A stretch of DNA of 64,000 nucleotides, from positions 37,725 through 101,724 of the forward strand of contig JACRPL010000021.1 of the NCBI GenBank assembly GCA_016223245.1, written 5' to 3'. Positions 25,835 through 34,423 of the stretch are shown here, in pieces. The notes beneath the pieces were generated by a model, which was given only the letters and a program-made list of their open reading frames with translations, was not told where the DNA came from and did no database searches. This stretch comes from Candidatus Saganbacteria bacterium (lineage in GTDB: Bacteria; Margulisbacteria; WOR-1; XYC2-FULL-46-14; XYC2-FULL-37-10). Every line of letters begins with the position of its first letter. Position 1 is the first letter of the stretch. The position numbers and the translations under genes were made by a program.

Positions 25835-28800
25835 TTATCTCCTCCTTGATAATTGCGACAACAAGTATGTTCCCATTTGTTCTTTTGCCCTAAGGATCCT
25901 AGGGTTCGTCCCTAGTTCTGCATCAGCCAACGTTTCCCCTTCTTTCCCTGGGATATCCGAAAAATAACCCATCATTGAAACTGACAAAGATGGCTTAGCG
26001 CCAAGACCTCTAACAAGCGGCCCCATTTCAAGTTCAACAGAAGTTGCCTTTCTTCCCATAAGGTCCGCAAGAAAAGCATCATGTTCTTGTAAAGGAGAAT
26101 CTACATAGCCCGCATGTGTTGTCAGGACAAATCTTATGGCACTATCTCCTGCTTTACTATCTGTGCCTCCAGCCAAATCAACAACTTCTTGCCTTTGAGC
26201 TAAAGCATAGGAAACAACATCATTGACAAAGCCATTAGCCTCTCCTTTTTCTTCAAGCATCGTACTTGGGACAAATAGATCCCCGACATTTATTTCTGTT
26301 TGATTTTGGCCCGCTCCGGCGATAAAACCGCCATTTCCAAAAAACGTCACATTTTCGACATTCTCTTCGGCAACTGCTTGCCCTAAATAACCTGATAAGC
26401 TCCCAAAAGGAATTGTTACCATAAGGAATGGCGCTTTCCCCGGCAATCTTATTAAACTTGCCTGGTAAACATCATTAGGCACGCGGGCTTTCATGCTTTC
26501 CGGTTTCAACTTCTCTGGCAATATAAAAGGAGGGTTTCTATTCATCCCAAGCTTCGCATAAACGCCTTCAAGCTTGTCTCTAAGCGCCAATAGCCTTGCA
26601 GCAAGGTTAGGATTAAGCATTATTTCTTCAGGATCTAGTGAAAAAGCCGCCGTCAAATTCGTTTTATCATCAAAAATTTGTCCAATGATTTTTGGCGTAA
26701 GCACTCTGATCTCAGCTTGAATATTTGGGATAGCTTGTTCTATCTCTTCATTTTGAGCAGTTTCATAGCTTTCAATTAAAATAATACCAAATTCCGCAAG
26801 AAGTTTTAAGCATTGTTTTATTCTCTTAATAAATACATTTTTCATCTCTTGCGCCGGTATTTTTGGATTGTTTTTTGTAAACGAGCCATAATCAAGGTTT
26901 GCCGCCAATTCCTCCAATTTCATATTAACTGCTCGGCTTAGATCTGCCTCAACTTCATTAAGCAATTCTTCGCCTTTCAACCCTGGTTTAAGGAAAGCAG
27001 CTAATACTCTTGCGGCATTTATCCTCTCTGCTAAAATATAGCTTATCGTTCCCCCTGGACCAACAACTACCATTTTTGGGAATTTGCCATTGTTTTTGCT
27101 TTTGGTTGCGGCAATCAAATTTTTGGCGTCCACCATATAATCTTCAGAATAGACATGATGGTATATTTTTTCAACGGATAATCCCGCATAAGTTAGATAC
27201 AGCCTCATATGCATCAATTTTGTTTCGCCAAGAATATTAACAACAATAAATTGATTAGTCCCTTTTACCCTATACCAATGCTGCTTAACGCCGTCTTCTG
27301 TTCTTTCTACCGCAAGCCGCTCCAATTGTGAACGTTTATCGGTGATATATTGCATGCTTGTAGAAAGCGGGCCATGATGCAATTCAATTGAAACAAATTT
27401 ACCTTCATCCAATAGGTCCAATGCGGCTTTTGGGATTCTGGGGATAAGATATTCAGGCAAATTCAATGAATGCCTGCGATACATTGCGACCCCTTGGCGC
27501 ACGTTTTCGATAACAGGCATTCTGCCGATAGCAGATACAATATCGTCAATTGAAAGCGATGTTTTTCTTTGTTCTGCCGGAAGCTCTTTTGGGAACATAG
27601 GAGATCCTCCCGCCTTTGAAAATCCGCCCCAACCCTTTCGCAGCTCCGAAAAGCCCAGTGTTGCTCTCTTTTTCTTTTCCTCTTGGCCTAACTTTTCCCA
27701 TAAATTTGTAAGGTCTATCTCGACTTCAAGCGAAGAATTCGGGTCGATCCCGACCATATATTCATATCCCATATTGCATTCAGCGTCATATGAGATGGCA
27801 AGATGTATCTGGTCCTTCGCGGCCCTTTTTCGGTTATACCCTTCCATGAACGCATATATCCCCCTGCGACTGACAACTTTTTTCCATTCAACATCCCCTC
27901 TCCAAGGATGTTTCACAATAATGGTATTTCCTCGAATTTCAACGCTTGTGTTGTTTGAATCATTTATCGCTTGAGCTAAATATTCGACTTCTCTTTCCAA
28001 TACTTCCCGCGCTCCTCTGTAAATCGCCAAATAACCATTAGGGAGGGTCGCTTCATGTTCTAGGCTATCAAGTATGCGGCAAAGATCTGAAAATACATTA
28101 TCTCTTAACACGGGGAATGCGGCTGCGCAACTTGTATGATAATCTTTGATCTCGAGGAATTTACCCCTTTCCAAAGAATACATTTCTTCAAGCAATAGCA
28201 TAAGTTTTCCGCCATCGGAACGGACGGATCCTTTCTGAAGATCAGATAGGTCCGAAGCTTCTAGTAATATTTTTTTCTGCCCTTCGCTTAAATAAAGCGC
28301 CAATCCAGGATTACATAACAGCCACTGTTCAATAAACGCATAACAATCGGAATAAACTTTAATTTTTCGGCCGTTTAAGGATTCCCTTTGAAGTGTTTCA
28401 AGTTTTTCGGTTGCTTCCATTATTTCTTTTGTTTGCGTAGTATCTTTATGCGGCAGGAAAAGGAAATCCTTTAATTCTGCCAATCGCTTCTGAATTGTTT
28501 CTCCGTTCATCCCGCGATTCTTTAATATAGCAGCAACCGGTTCACCAATATTTTTATCAAAATCAATATTATATCGTAAGGTAACCATAGACATTAATAT
28601 CCCTTGTTCAAGATTATCCGCAATTATTGGGACTAATTTATCAATATCGCTTGTGTCTACAAATAAAGCTTCTGGTTTTGAGTCAATGATCGTGCGCTGT
28701 CCGGCAAGAGATTGAGAAGGTTGGCTAACAGCCATTGCGCATGCAGCAGGGTTCGAAACGCCTGAAAGATCCAATGAATATACTGCTCCACAGAAAAATA

Positions 28801-29110
28801 CATCAATATTATTTCGCCCAAAATCCCTGCGATCGACCAAAACGACTGCAGTTTTCGATCTGCCGATTCTCATTGTTACAAGGCTAAGGTTTCGCAATTC
28901 TAATTCTTGAGGCGATAAATTTCCTTGTAATATGCTAGCGCGAAGATCTGTTTCAAGTGCAACAGTTGCTAATGCAGCTTCGCTAAAAGCATGTTTTTTT
29001 AATGCCAGCAAAGCACTTGCGCTATGCATTAAGGGAGCCAAATGTGATTTTTGCATTAGGGCTAAAGGGGTCAATTTTTGTGCGGTTGGGCCAACTACTT
29101 GAATATTCAC
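25835..29110 (-). CDS. 1091-aa orphan protein with a nucleoside phosphorylase/nucleosidase-like C-terminal domain
   Basis: Uninterrupted ORF with GGAGG 9 nt before the GTG start. The last ~250 aa show PNP/UDP/MTAN-like motif order (FLMVTIPFG, FFGNGGFIAG, VGDLFVPS, SVELEMGP, GYFSDIP). The rest is unassigned. Confidence 0.6.
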   Translation of the reverse strand: MNIQVVGPTAQKLTPLALMQKSHLAPLMHSASALLALKKHAFSEAALATVALETDLRASILQGNLSPQELELRNLSLVTMRIGRSKTAVVLVDRRDFGRNNIDVFFCGAVYSLDLSGVSNPAACAMAVSQPSQSLAGQRTIIDSKPEALFVDTSDIDKLVPIIADNLEQGILMSMVTLRYNIDFDKNIGEPVAAILKNRGMNGETIQKRLAELKDFLFLPHKDTTQTKEIMEATEKLETLQRESLNGRKIKVYSDCYAFIEQWLLCNPGLALYLSEGQKKILLEASDLSDLQKGSVRSDGGKLMLLLEEMYSLERGKFLEIKDYHTSCAAAFPVLRDNVFSDLCRILDSLEHEATLPNGYLAIYRGAREVLEREVEYLAQAINDSNNTSVEIRGNTIIVKHPWRGDVEWKKVVSRRGIYAFMEGYNRKRAAKDQIHLAISYDAECNMGYEYMVGIDPNSSLEVEIDLTNLWEKLGQEEKKKRATLGFSELRKGWGGFSKAGGSPMFPKELPAEQRKTSLSIDDIVSAIGRMPVIENVRQGVAMYRRHSLNLPEYLIPRIPKAALDLLDEGKFVSIELHHGPLSTSMQYITDKRSQLERLAVERTEDGVKQHWYRVKGTNQFIVVNILGETKLMHMRLYLTYAGLSVEKIYHHVYSEDYMVDAKNLIAATKSKNNGKFPKMVVVGPGGTISYILAERINAARVLAAFLKPGLKGEELLNEVEADLSRAVNMKLEELAANLDYGSFTKNNPKIPAQEMKNVFIKRIKQCLKLLAEFGIILIESYETAQNEEIEQAIPNIQAEIRVLTPKIIGQIFDDKTNLTAAFSLDPEEIMLNPNLAARLLALRDKLEGVYAKLGMNRNPPFILPEKLKPESMKARVPNDVYQASLIRLPGKAPFLMVTIPFGSLSGYLGQAVAEENVENVTFFGNGGFIAGAGQNQTEINVGDLFVPSTMLEEKGEANGFVNDVVSYALAQRQEVVDLAGGTDSKAGDSAIRFVLTTHAGYVDSPLQEHDAFLADLMGRKATSVELEMGPLVRGLGAKPSLSVSMMGYFSDIPGKEGETLADAELGTNPRILRAKEQMGTYLLSQLSRRR

Positions 29111-29162
29111 CTGGTATTTTCCTCCATTGTTTTCCTAGCTATCATGATCATCTCGCTTACTA

Positions 29163-29231
29163 TGAGACCTCTGAAAAATCAACCCATTTTCCCATGGATT
29201 ATCTTTTTCTCTTTGGCCCGCATATATATCG
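29163..29231 (-). promoter_or_regulatory. Conserved leader element, copy Y (upstream of the 1091-aa gene)
   Basis: The reverse complement matches 18551-18618 at 67 of 68 nt. Weaker similarity continues about 15 nt further toward the gene. Confidence 0.8.
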
Positions 29232-29263
29232 ACAGCCCCCACCGAAGATTTCACTATGGAACA

Positions 29264-29297
29264 AACTATTTCCCAACTATTTTCCCAACTATTTCAA
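29264..29297. repeat. Three tandem 11-12-nt direct repeats (AACTATTT(T)CCC)
   Basis: aactatttccc aactattttccc aactatttcaa. They straddle the stop of the ARH gene, upstream of leader copy Y. A related ccaaccaactatttt occurs at 30875-30889. Confidence 0.65.
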
Positions 29298-30878
29298 ATG
29301 GATACGAGATAATTGATCTGCATAAGCGCTGATTTCTCTGTGTTCAATAAGCCCTTCGATCCATTCATTTGGTATTACTGTTAATCCATTATGTGCTGCG
29401 CTTATTGCTCCAGCTAATCCTGCAATGCTATCGGAATCTCCTTGCGTATTGACCCCGGCAATAATTGTTCTTCTAAAATCCGGTAAGCTTTTCAAAAAGC
29501 AATAAATTGCCGATGGAACCACTCCAAGCGCTTTCATTCCAGTTTTGACTTTTTTCCCATCAATGTTGCTTGGGATTTGGTTTAAACCATCTTCTGTAGA
29601 TACTTGCATCAATGACGGCAATCTTCTTATTTCAAATGCCATTTTTGGACTTTCATTTTCTATATATTGCGCCGTTCTTTCAACAATTCCCTCTACTGAA
29701 TCCGGAAGCCGGCTTAAACGACCTTGATTAATAAGATATGCGATCGCCAAAGCGCCGCCGAGCGCTTCCTTGCCTGTTTTTGTGATCAATGTTACAGCTC
29801 CTACGCTTTTTCTTAGCAATGCAAGGTCATCAATAATTAAGCCCAAGGGCACAACTGCGGTTGCCGGCCCACAGCCGTCGCTTTGGTTTGCCGCTAACCG
29901 CCAATTTAGCCCCGCATATAACCTTCTATAAGATGTAAGAGTACTATTAGAATAACCGACATTCCTGGTCAAGCCCATGTCAAGCTTTAAACCAAAAGCC
30001 GCAAAAATTCCGGCCATGTCGTTTGGATCGATCTTTCCAGTGCGAATGATCGACTTGGCAACCATAAGGGCCATTTGGGTATCATCCGTATAATCGCCGG
30101 GAAATAATGGGCGCACAGGATCTTTCAAAAAACCGTCTACATATCCTATCCGTCTGATTTCTTCAAGCGATGAAAATTCTACTGGCGCTCCCATCGCATC
30201 GCCTATTGCTTCGCCAAATAAAACAGCTCGATGAATATCGAAAGAAGTTGGACTCGACAATTCGACATTCACCTGCGCTTTTGGATAAAGAAAAGAAAAG
30301 GACGTTTCTCTTATCGACAAAGCGGCATCCTCTTCAAACTCCTTTATTAAATTCAAATCACCGAATCTGCCCAACATGTGTACCGCAAGATTCTTTATTG
30401 CTTCAGGGCCTTGAAGTCCTGTTTTTATTAAGGGTACGATTCCGGAAACAATTCTTTGCATTTGCATTATTGAAGCAAGCATCCAGTTTTCGGATTTTTG
30501 CGTTCGCAGCAATCTCCCGAGTTCAGCAATATATTTATGGGGATCAGACGCTCCCAAGGAAAGGGCGGAAAACCAGCGGACTTGGCCATCGGGATCTTGA
30601 AGCATTGTTTTCAATGTTGCGGCCGCTTGTTCCTGCTCAACCCAAGCCATCATTTTTTTTGATGTTTCCCTTCGGACTCTTGAGCTTGGATCAGAGCTCA
30701 AAGGTAATATTGCCGCAAGATCTTGTGCCGCTCGAATAGAAGAAAGCTTCGCCTCAATAATAGGATTAGCTCTATAATAAGTTCTTAGCATTGCGCTTTT
30801 TGCGCAAGATGCATATATTTGCATGTGTTTGGCCTCACATATATATCGGCCCCCCTCATCGAAAATTTCATTTTCCAA
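29289..30878 (-). CDS. HEAT-repeat / ADP-ribosylglycohydrolase fusion protein
   Basis: N-terminal HEAT-like repeats (DPSSRVRRE, DPDGQVRWFSALSLG). ARH domain motifs GDAMGAPVEF, DYTDDTQMAL, GDSDSIAGLAGAISAA. The real start is probably ATG 30824 (GAGG Shine-Dalgarno) rather than TTG 30878. Confidence 0.8.
   Translation of the reverse strand: MENEIFDEGGRYICEAKHMQIYASCAKSAMLRTYYRANPIIEAKLSSIRAAQDLAAILPLSSDPSSRVRRETSKKMMAWVEQEQAAATLKTMLQDPDGQVRWFSALSLGASDPHKYIAELGRLLRTQKSENWMLASIMQMQRIVSGIVPLIKTGLQGPEAIKNLAVHMLGRFGDLNLIKEFEEDAALSIRETSFSFLYPKAQVNVELSSPTSFDIHRAVLFGEAIGDAMGAPVEFSSLEEIRRIGYVDGFLKDPVRPLFPGDYTDDTQMALMVAKSIIRTGKIDPNDMAGIFAAFGLKLDMGLTRNVGYSNSTLTSYRRLYAGLNWRLAANQSDGCGPATAVVPLGLIIDDLALLRKSVGAVTLITKTGKEALGGALAIAYLINQGRLSRLPDSVEGIVERTAQYIENESPKMAFEIRRLPSLMQVSTEDGLNQIPSNIDGKKVKTGMKALGVVPSAIYCFLKSLPDFRRTIIAGVNTQGDSDSIAGLAGAISAAHNGLTVIPNEWIEGLIEHREISAYADQLSRIHLK
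30828..30864 (-). promoter_or_regulatory. Partial third copy (Z) of the leader 5' module, at the 5' end of the ARH gene
   Basis: Minus strand tttcgatgaggggggcCGATATATATGTGAGGCCAAA aligns with copy Y tcttcggtgggggctgtCGATATATATGCGGGCCAAA. Confidence 0.6.
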
Positions 30879-30938
30879 CCAACTATTTTGGAAAATATAA
30901 GTGTTGACTCTTTAACCTTCCCCGCCTAAAATCAAATC

Positions 30939-31592
30939 ATGCCAACGATCGCGCAAAAAATAGCCGATATAAAACAACAAATATCTTCAACTATCACTCT
31001 GCTCGCTGTTGTGAAAAACGTCTCAACTGAAAAGATCTTTGAAGCGCTGGATGCCGGGATAGATACTATCGGCGAAAATCGCATCCAAGAAGCATCGGAG
31101 CGAATCCAGGCGATCAGGCAAAAATATCCAAATATCAAAATCCATTTCATCGGCCATCTGCAATCCAATAAGATAAATCAAGCTCTTCAAATGTTTGATG
31201 TTATAGAGTCTGTCGATAGTTTTGAATTGGCAGAAGCAATAAATAAGAGGGCGGAAAAGCCAGTCGAAATTTTTGTTGAAGTTAATACTTCGGGTGAACA
31301 AAGCAAAAATGGCGTCGATCTTAAAGATGCGATCGACCTTATCGATAAAATTTCAACTTTTAAGAATTTAAGGCTTACAGGCCTAATGACAATTGGCGCA
31401 AACAGTTCCGATGAAGAAAAAGTCCGGGCATGTTTTAGAAAACTTCGAGAAATTAGAGACGAATCAAGCAAAAAGGGGTATACTAATATCGTCCATCTTT
31501 CCATGGGAATGTCGCACGACTTTCCTATAGCAATTGAAGAAGGTTCTGATATAATACGGATAGGAACAGGGATCTTTGGAAATAGGAGGTAA
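30939..31592 (+). CDS. yggS: YggS-family pyridoxal-phosphate homeostasis protein
   Basis: 217 aa alanine-racemase-N fold. AVVKNV (PLP Lys), HFIGHLQSNK and SMGMSHDF motifs. Confidence 0.88.
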   Translation: MPTIAQKIADIKQQISSTITLLAVVKNVSTEKIFEALDAGIDTIGENRIQEASERIQAIRQKYPNIKIHFIGHLQSNKINQALQMFDVIESVDSFELAEAINKRAEKPVEIFVEVNTSGEQSKNGVDLKDAIDLIDKISTFKNLRLTGLMTIGANSSDEEKVRACFRKLREIRDESSKKGYTNIVHLSMGMSHDFPIAIEEGSDIIRIGTGIFGNRR

Positions 31593-31597
31593 TTTGA

Positions 31598-32059
31598 ATG
31601 GAAAACTTATTGAAACGTGCGAAAGCTTTTATCGGACTTGAAGAGGGAGATGAAGATTTTACACCTAGCGACAACACGCGCCAAATGGAAATCACTCAAG
31701 TATTCAAAGCAAGACGCGAAAAAGAAAATCACAACGGGAATTTCGACGACGCATCCGAAATTATTGTGTATGAACCAAAGATATATGAGGACTCGCTCAA
31801 TATATCGGGCAATTTGAGGCATGGCAAACCGGTCATTATTAATCTCAAGCATTTAGAGCCCGCCGAAGGAACAAGGCTGATCGATTTCATTTGCGGCGCG
31901 GCTTACGCGATAGACGGCCATATGATGAAGATCGGTGAATCGATCTTTTTATTTACCCCGGGATCCATAAGAATAACCGATGCCGAAGAACGCTCATCGC
32001 TTGGAGAGGAGATCTCGTCCATTGAGTCCCAAAAAGAAAGTTTTTTCTCGCGCAGATAG
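31598..32059 (+). CDS. sepF: Cell division protein SepF
   Basis: The C-terminal DUF552 core IIVYEPKIYEDSLNISGNLRHGKPVIINL...DFICGAAYAIDGHMMKIGESIFLFTP is the SepF signature. Canonical yggS-sepF-proC order. Confidence 0.85.
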   Translation: MENLLKRAKAFIGLEEGDEDFTPSDNTRQMEITQVFKARREKENHNGNFDDASEIIVYEPKIYEDSLNISGNLRHGKPVIINLKHLEPAEGTRLIDFICGAAYAIDGHMMKIGESIFLFTPGSIRITDAEERSSLGEEISSIESQKESFFSRR

Positions 32060-32852
32060 GCTCGCGTTCATCGGAGGAGGCAAGATGGCGGAAGCCATCA
32101 TTTCCGGCCTTGTTGGATCAAAGAGCGTTTTATCTTCACAAATTATTGTTTCTGACATTAATGAAGAGAGGTTGATCTATCTTCACGATGTATTCGATGT
32201 TGAGACAACAAAAAGAAATCAAAAAGCCTTGGATGAAGCAACAATTGTAATATTGGCCGTTAAACCTCAAAGTTTTTCAGAAGTTTTATCGGGGCTGGAT
32301 TTTTCTGGCGCAAAAATCGTTATATCTATTGCCGCGGGGATCACTATAGGATATCTTGAAGCGAAAATACAAAACAAGCCTATTATCAGGGTCATGCCGA
32401 ATAATCCCGCTTTTGTAGGCTCGGGAATAACGGCTATCGCACTTGGATCTTGCGCAAAAGAAAGCGACTCCAAGATCGCTGAATCTATCTTTAAAACTGT
32501 AGGCGAAGTTATCCATGTTGAAGAGCCTGATATGGATGCTGTTACAGGCATGTCGGGTTCAGGACCGGCTTTCGTATATTTGTTCTGTGAAGCGATGGTC
32601 GAGGCCGGAGAAACTCTCGGGATCACAAAAACAGTTGCCAAAAAACTGGCGATCCACACATTGCTTGGATCGGCCGAAACACTGTTGAAAACAGGAAAAG
32701 ATCCAAAAGAATTAAGGGAAATGGTCACATCTCCCAATGGCACGACCAAGGCAGGTTTAGGCGTGCTTTCCGAAAAAGGGTTTAACCAGGCTGTGATTGA
32801 TGCTATAATAGCAGCAGCCAAGAGATCCAAAGAACTAAATCTCTCCACTTAA
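31980..32852 (+). CDS. proC: Pyrroline-5-carboxylate reductase
   Basis: Rossmann FIGGGKMAEAI plus the P5CR dimerisation domain (SPNGTTKAGL). Start uncertain: TTG 32019 with a GGAGAGGAG Shine-Dalgarno is a better candidate than ATG 31980, which overlaps sepF. Confidence 0.85.
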   Translation: MPKNAHRLERRSRPLSPKKKVFSRADRLAFIGGGKMAEAIISGLVGSKSVLSSQIIVSDINEERLIYLHDVFDVETTKRNQKALDEATIVILAVKPQSFSEVLSGLDFSGAKIVISIAAGITIGYLEAKIQNKPIIRVMPNNPAFVGSGITAIALGSCAKESDSKIAESIFKTVGEVIHVEEPDMDAVTGMSGSGPAFVYLFCEAMVEAGETLGITKTVAKKLAIHTLLGSAETLLKTGKDPKELREMVTSPNGTTKAGLGVLSEKGFNQAVIDAIIAAAKRSKELNLST

Positions 32853-32857
32853 ATAAT

Positions 32858-33757
32858 ATGTCGCTATTAATTGCAGGAACAGTCGCATTAGATTCAGTAG
32901 AAACACCGTTTGGCAAGAAAGATAATATCTTGGGCGGGTCAGCCGTCCATGCATCGATTAGCGCAAGTTTTTTTACCGATATCGTTCTATCCGGTGTTAT
33001 CGGAGAGGATTTTCCATCCGAACATCTTGATTTTTTAAGATCAAAAAATATCGATGTCTCGGGGCTTATTGTTGATCCAGGCAAGACATTCAGATGGGCG
33101 GGCTTTTACGAATACGATATGAACCAGGCCCATACGCGAGATACGCAATTAAATGTATTGGCAGGATTTGATCCCAAGCTTTCAAAAAAACAAAAAGGTT
33201 CCGATTTCGTTTTTTTAGCCAATCTTGATCCTGATATCCAATTAAAAATTATCGGCCAATTGGAAGGGCCAAAGATGGTCGCGGTCGATACTATGGATTT
33301 TTGGATCAAAAGCAAACGCAAATCGCTCCACGAAGTCATAAAGAAAGTTGATTTTGTTCTGATAAATGAATCAGAAATAAGAATGTTCATGGAAACGCCG
33401 AACATTCCGCTTGCCGCAAGAAGGCTTTTGGAGCTTGGGGCAAAGGGTGTTATCGTAAAACAGGGTGAACATGGAGCGCTGGTTTTTTCCGATGGAATGC
33501 ATTTCTCCGCGCCTTCGTATCCGCAGGAAATGTTCCGCGATCCGACCGGAGCGGGGGATTCGTTCGCCGGCGGGTTTATGGGGCATCTTTCGAAAACAAA
33601 TGATATCTCGCAAGCAAATATACGAAAAGCTGTGATATTGGGATCGGTCATGGCTTCGTTTAATATTGAAGAATTCAGCGCGGACCGCATGCGCTCGCTT
33701 AAGATGCACGAAATATTGGAAAGATTCGACGAGTTTAAAAAGTTTACGGAATTTTAG
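32858..33757 (+). CDS. PfkB-family sugar/nucleoside kinase
   Basis: Ribokinase-fold signatures GGSAVHASI and DPTGAGDSFAGGF. Confidence 0.8.
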   Translation: MSLLIAGTVALDSVETPFGKKDNILGGSAVHASISASFFTDIVLSGVIGEDFPSEHLDFLRSKNIDVSGLIVDPGKTFRWAGFYEYDMNQAHTRDTQLNVLAGFDPKLSKKQKGSDFVFLANLDPDIQLKIIGQLEGPKMVAVDTMDFWIKSKRKSLHEVIKKVDFVLINESEIRMFMETPNIPLAARRLLELGAKGVIVKQGEHGALVFSDGMHFSAPSYPQEMFRDPTGAGDSFAGGFMGHLSKTNDISQANIRKAVILGSVMASFNIEEFSADRMRSLKMHEILERFDEFKKFTEF

Positions 33758-33766
33758 GAGGAAAAA

Positions 33767-34423
33767 ATGCTCGAGCAATTTCAATTTGTAGGACGAAAGC
33801 TGTTTGAAGAAGGATTAGTCGGGTCGCACAACGGAAGTTTAAGCGTTAGAGAAGGGGACAAGATAGCTATTACGGTCAAGAATGCGATGCTATCCGAAAT
33901 AAAAAAAGAAGATATTATAGAAGTCCCGCTTGAAGGCGAAATCCCTGCAAATGCCCCATTCGACCTTCCGGTCCATAGGTCGATCTATGCAAATACTAAA
34001 ACCCAGGCAATAGTCCATGCGAAATCCCCGTATGGCATTTCGATCTCGATCCATGAAGAAAAGATAATCCCCCAAGACCACGAAGGCAAACAATTTTTAA
34101 AATCAATTCCCGTCATCCGCGTACGCGAACCCATAACAACGGAAGAAGTTATCAGGTTCTTAACGCCGACGTTCAAGAGCGGCTATAACGCGCTGCTTGT
34201 CCGAGGTTTTGGAAGCTATGCGGGAAATTCAACCTTAGAAAACGCATATAGGTTGACATCGATCCTTGAAAATTCATGCAAGGTAAGCCTTTTATCAAAA
34301 GCGCCGTCAACTCCGCCTCCCGCTCCAAAAAGAGAGGATAAGCGAGCGCCTTACAGGTCGGCGATCCCGCCATCGATCGGGGTCATGGACCGGTCTTATA
34401 ACAGGGACCGCGGTAAGAGATGA
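33767..34423 (+). CDS. Class II aldolase/adducin-family protein with a Pro/Arg-rich tail
   Basis: GSHNGSLSVR and the HAKSPY metal-site region. The C-terminal ~40 aa are low-complexity and overlap the relA start. Confidence 0.65.
   Translation: MLEQFQFVGRKLFEEGLVGSHNGSLSVREGDKIAITVKNAMLSEIKKEDIIEVPLEGEIPANAPFDLPVHRSIYANTKTQAIVHAKSPYGISISIHEEKIIPQDHEGKQFLKSIPVIRVREPITTEEVIRFLTPTFKSGYNALLVRGFGSYAGNSTLENAYRLTSILENSCKVSLLSKAPSTPPPAPKREDKRAPYRSAIPPSIGVMDRSYNRDRGKR

Noticed and set aside
32267-33690. 193-aa and 194-aa minus-strand ORFs
   Set aside because: They are antisense to proC and the PfkB kinase respectively, with no independent support.
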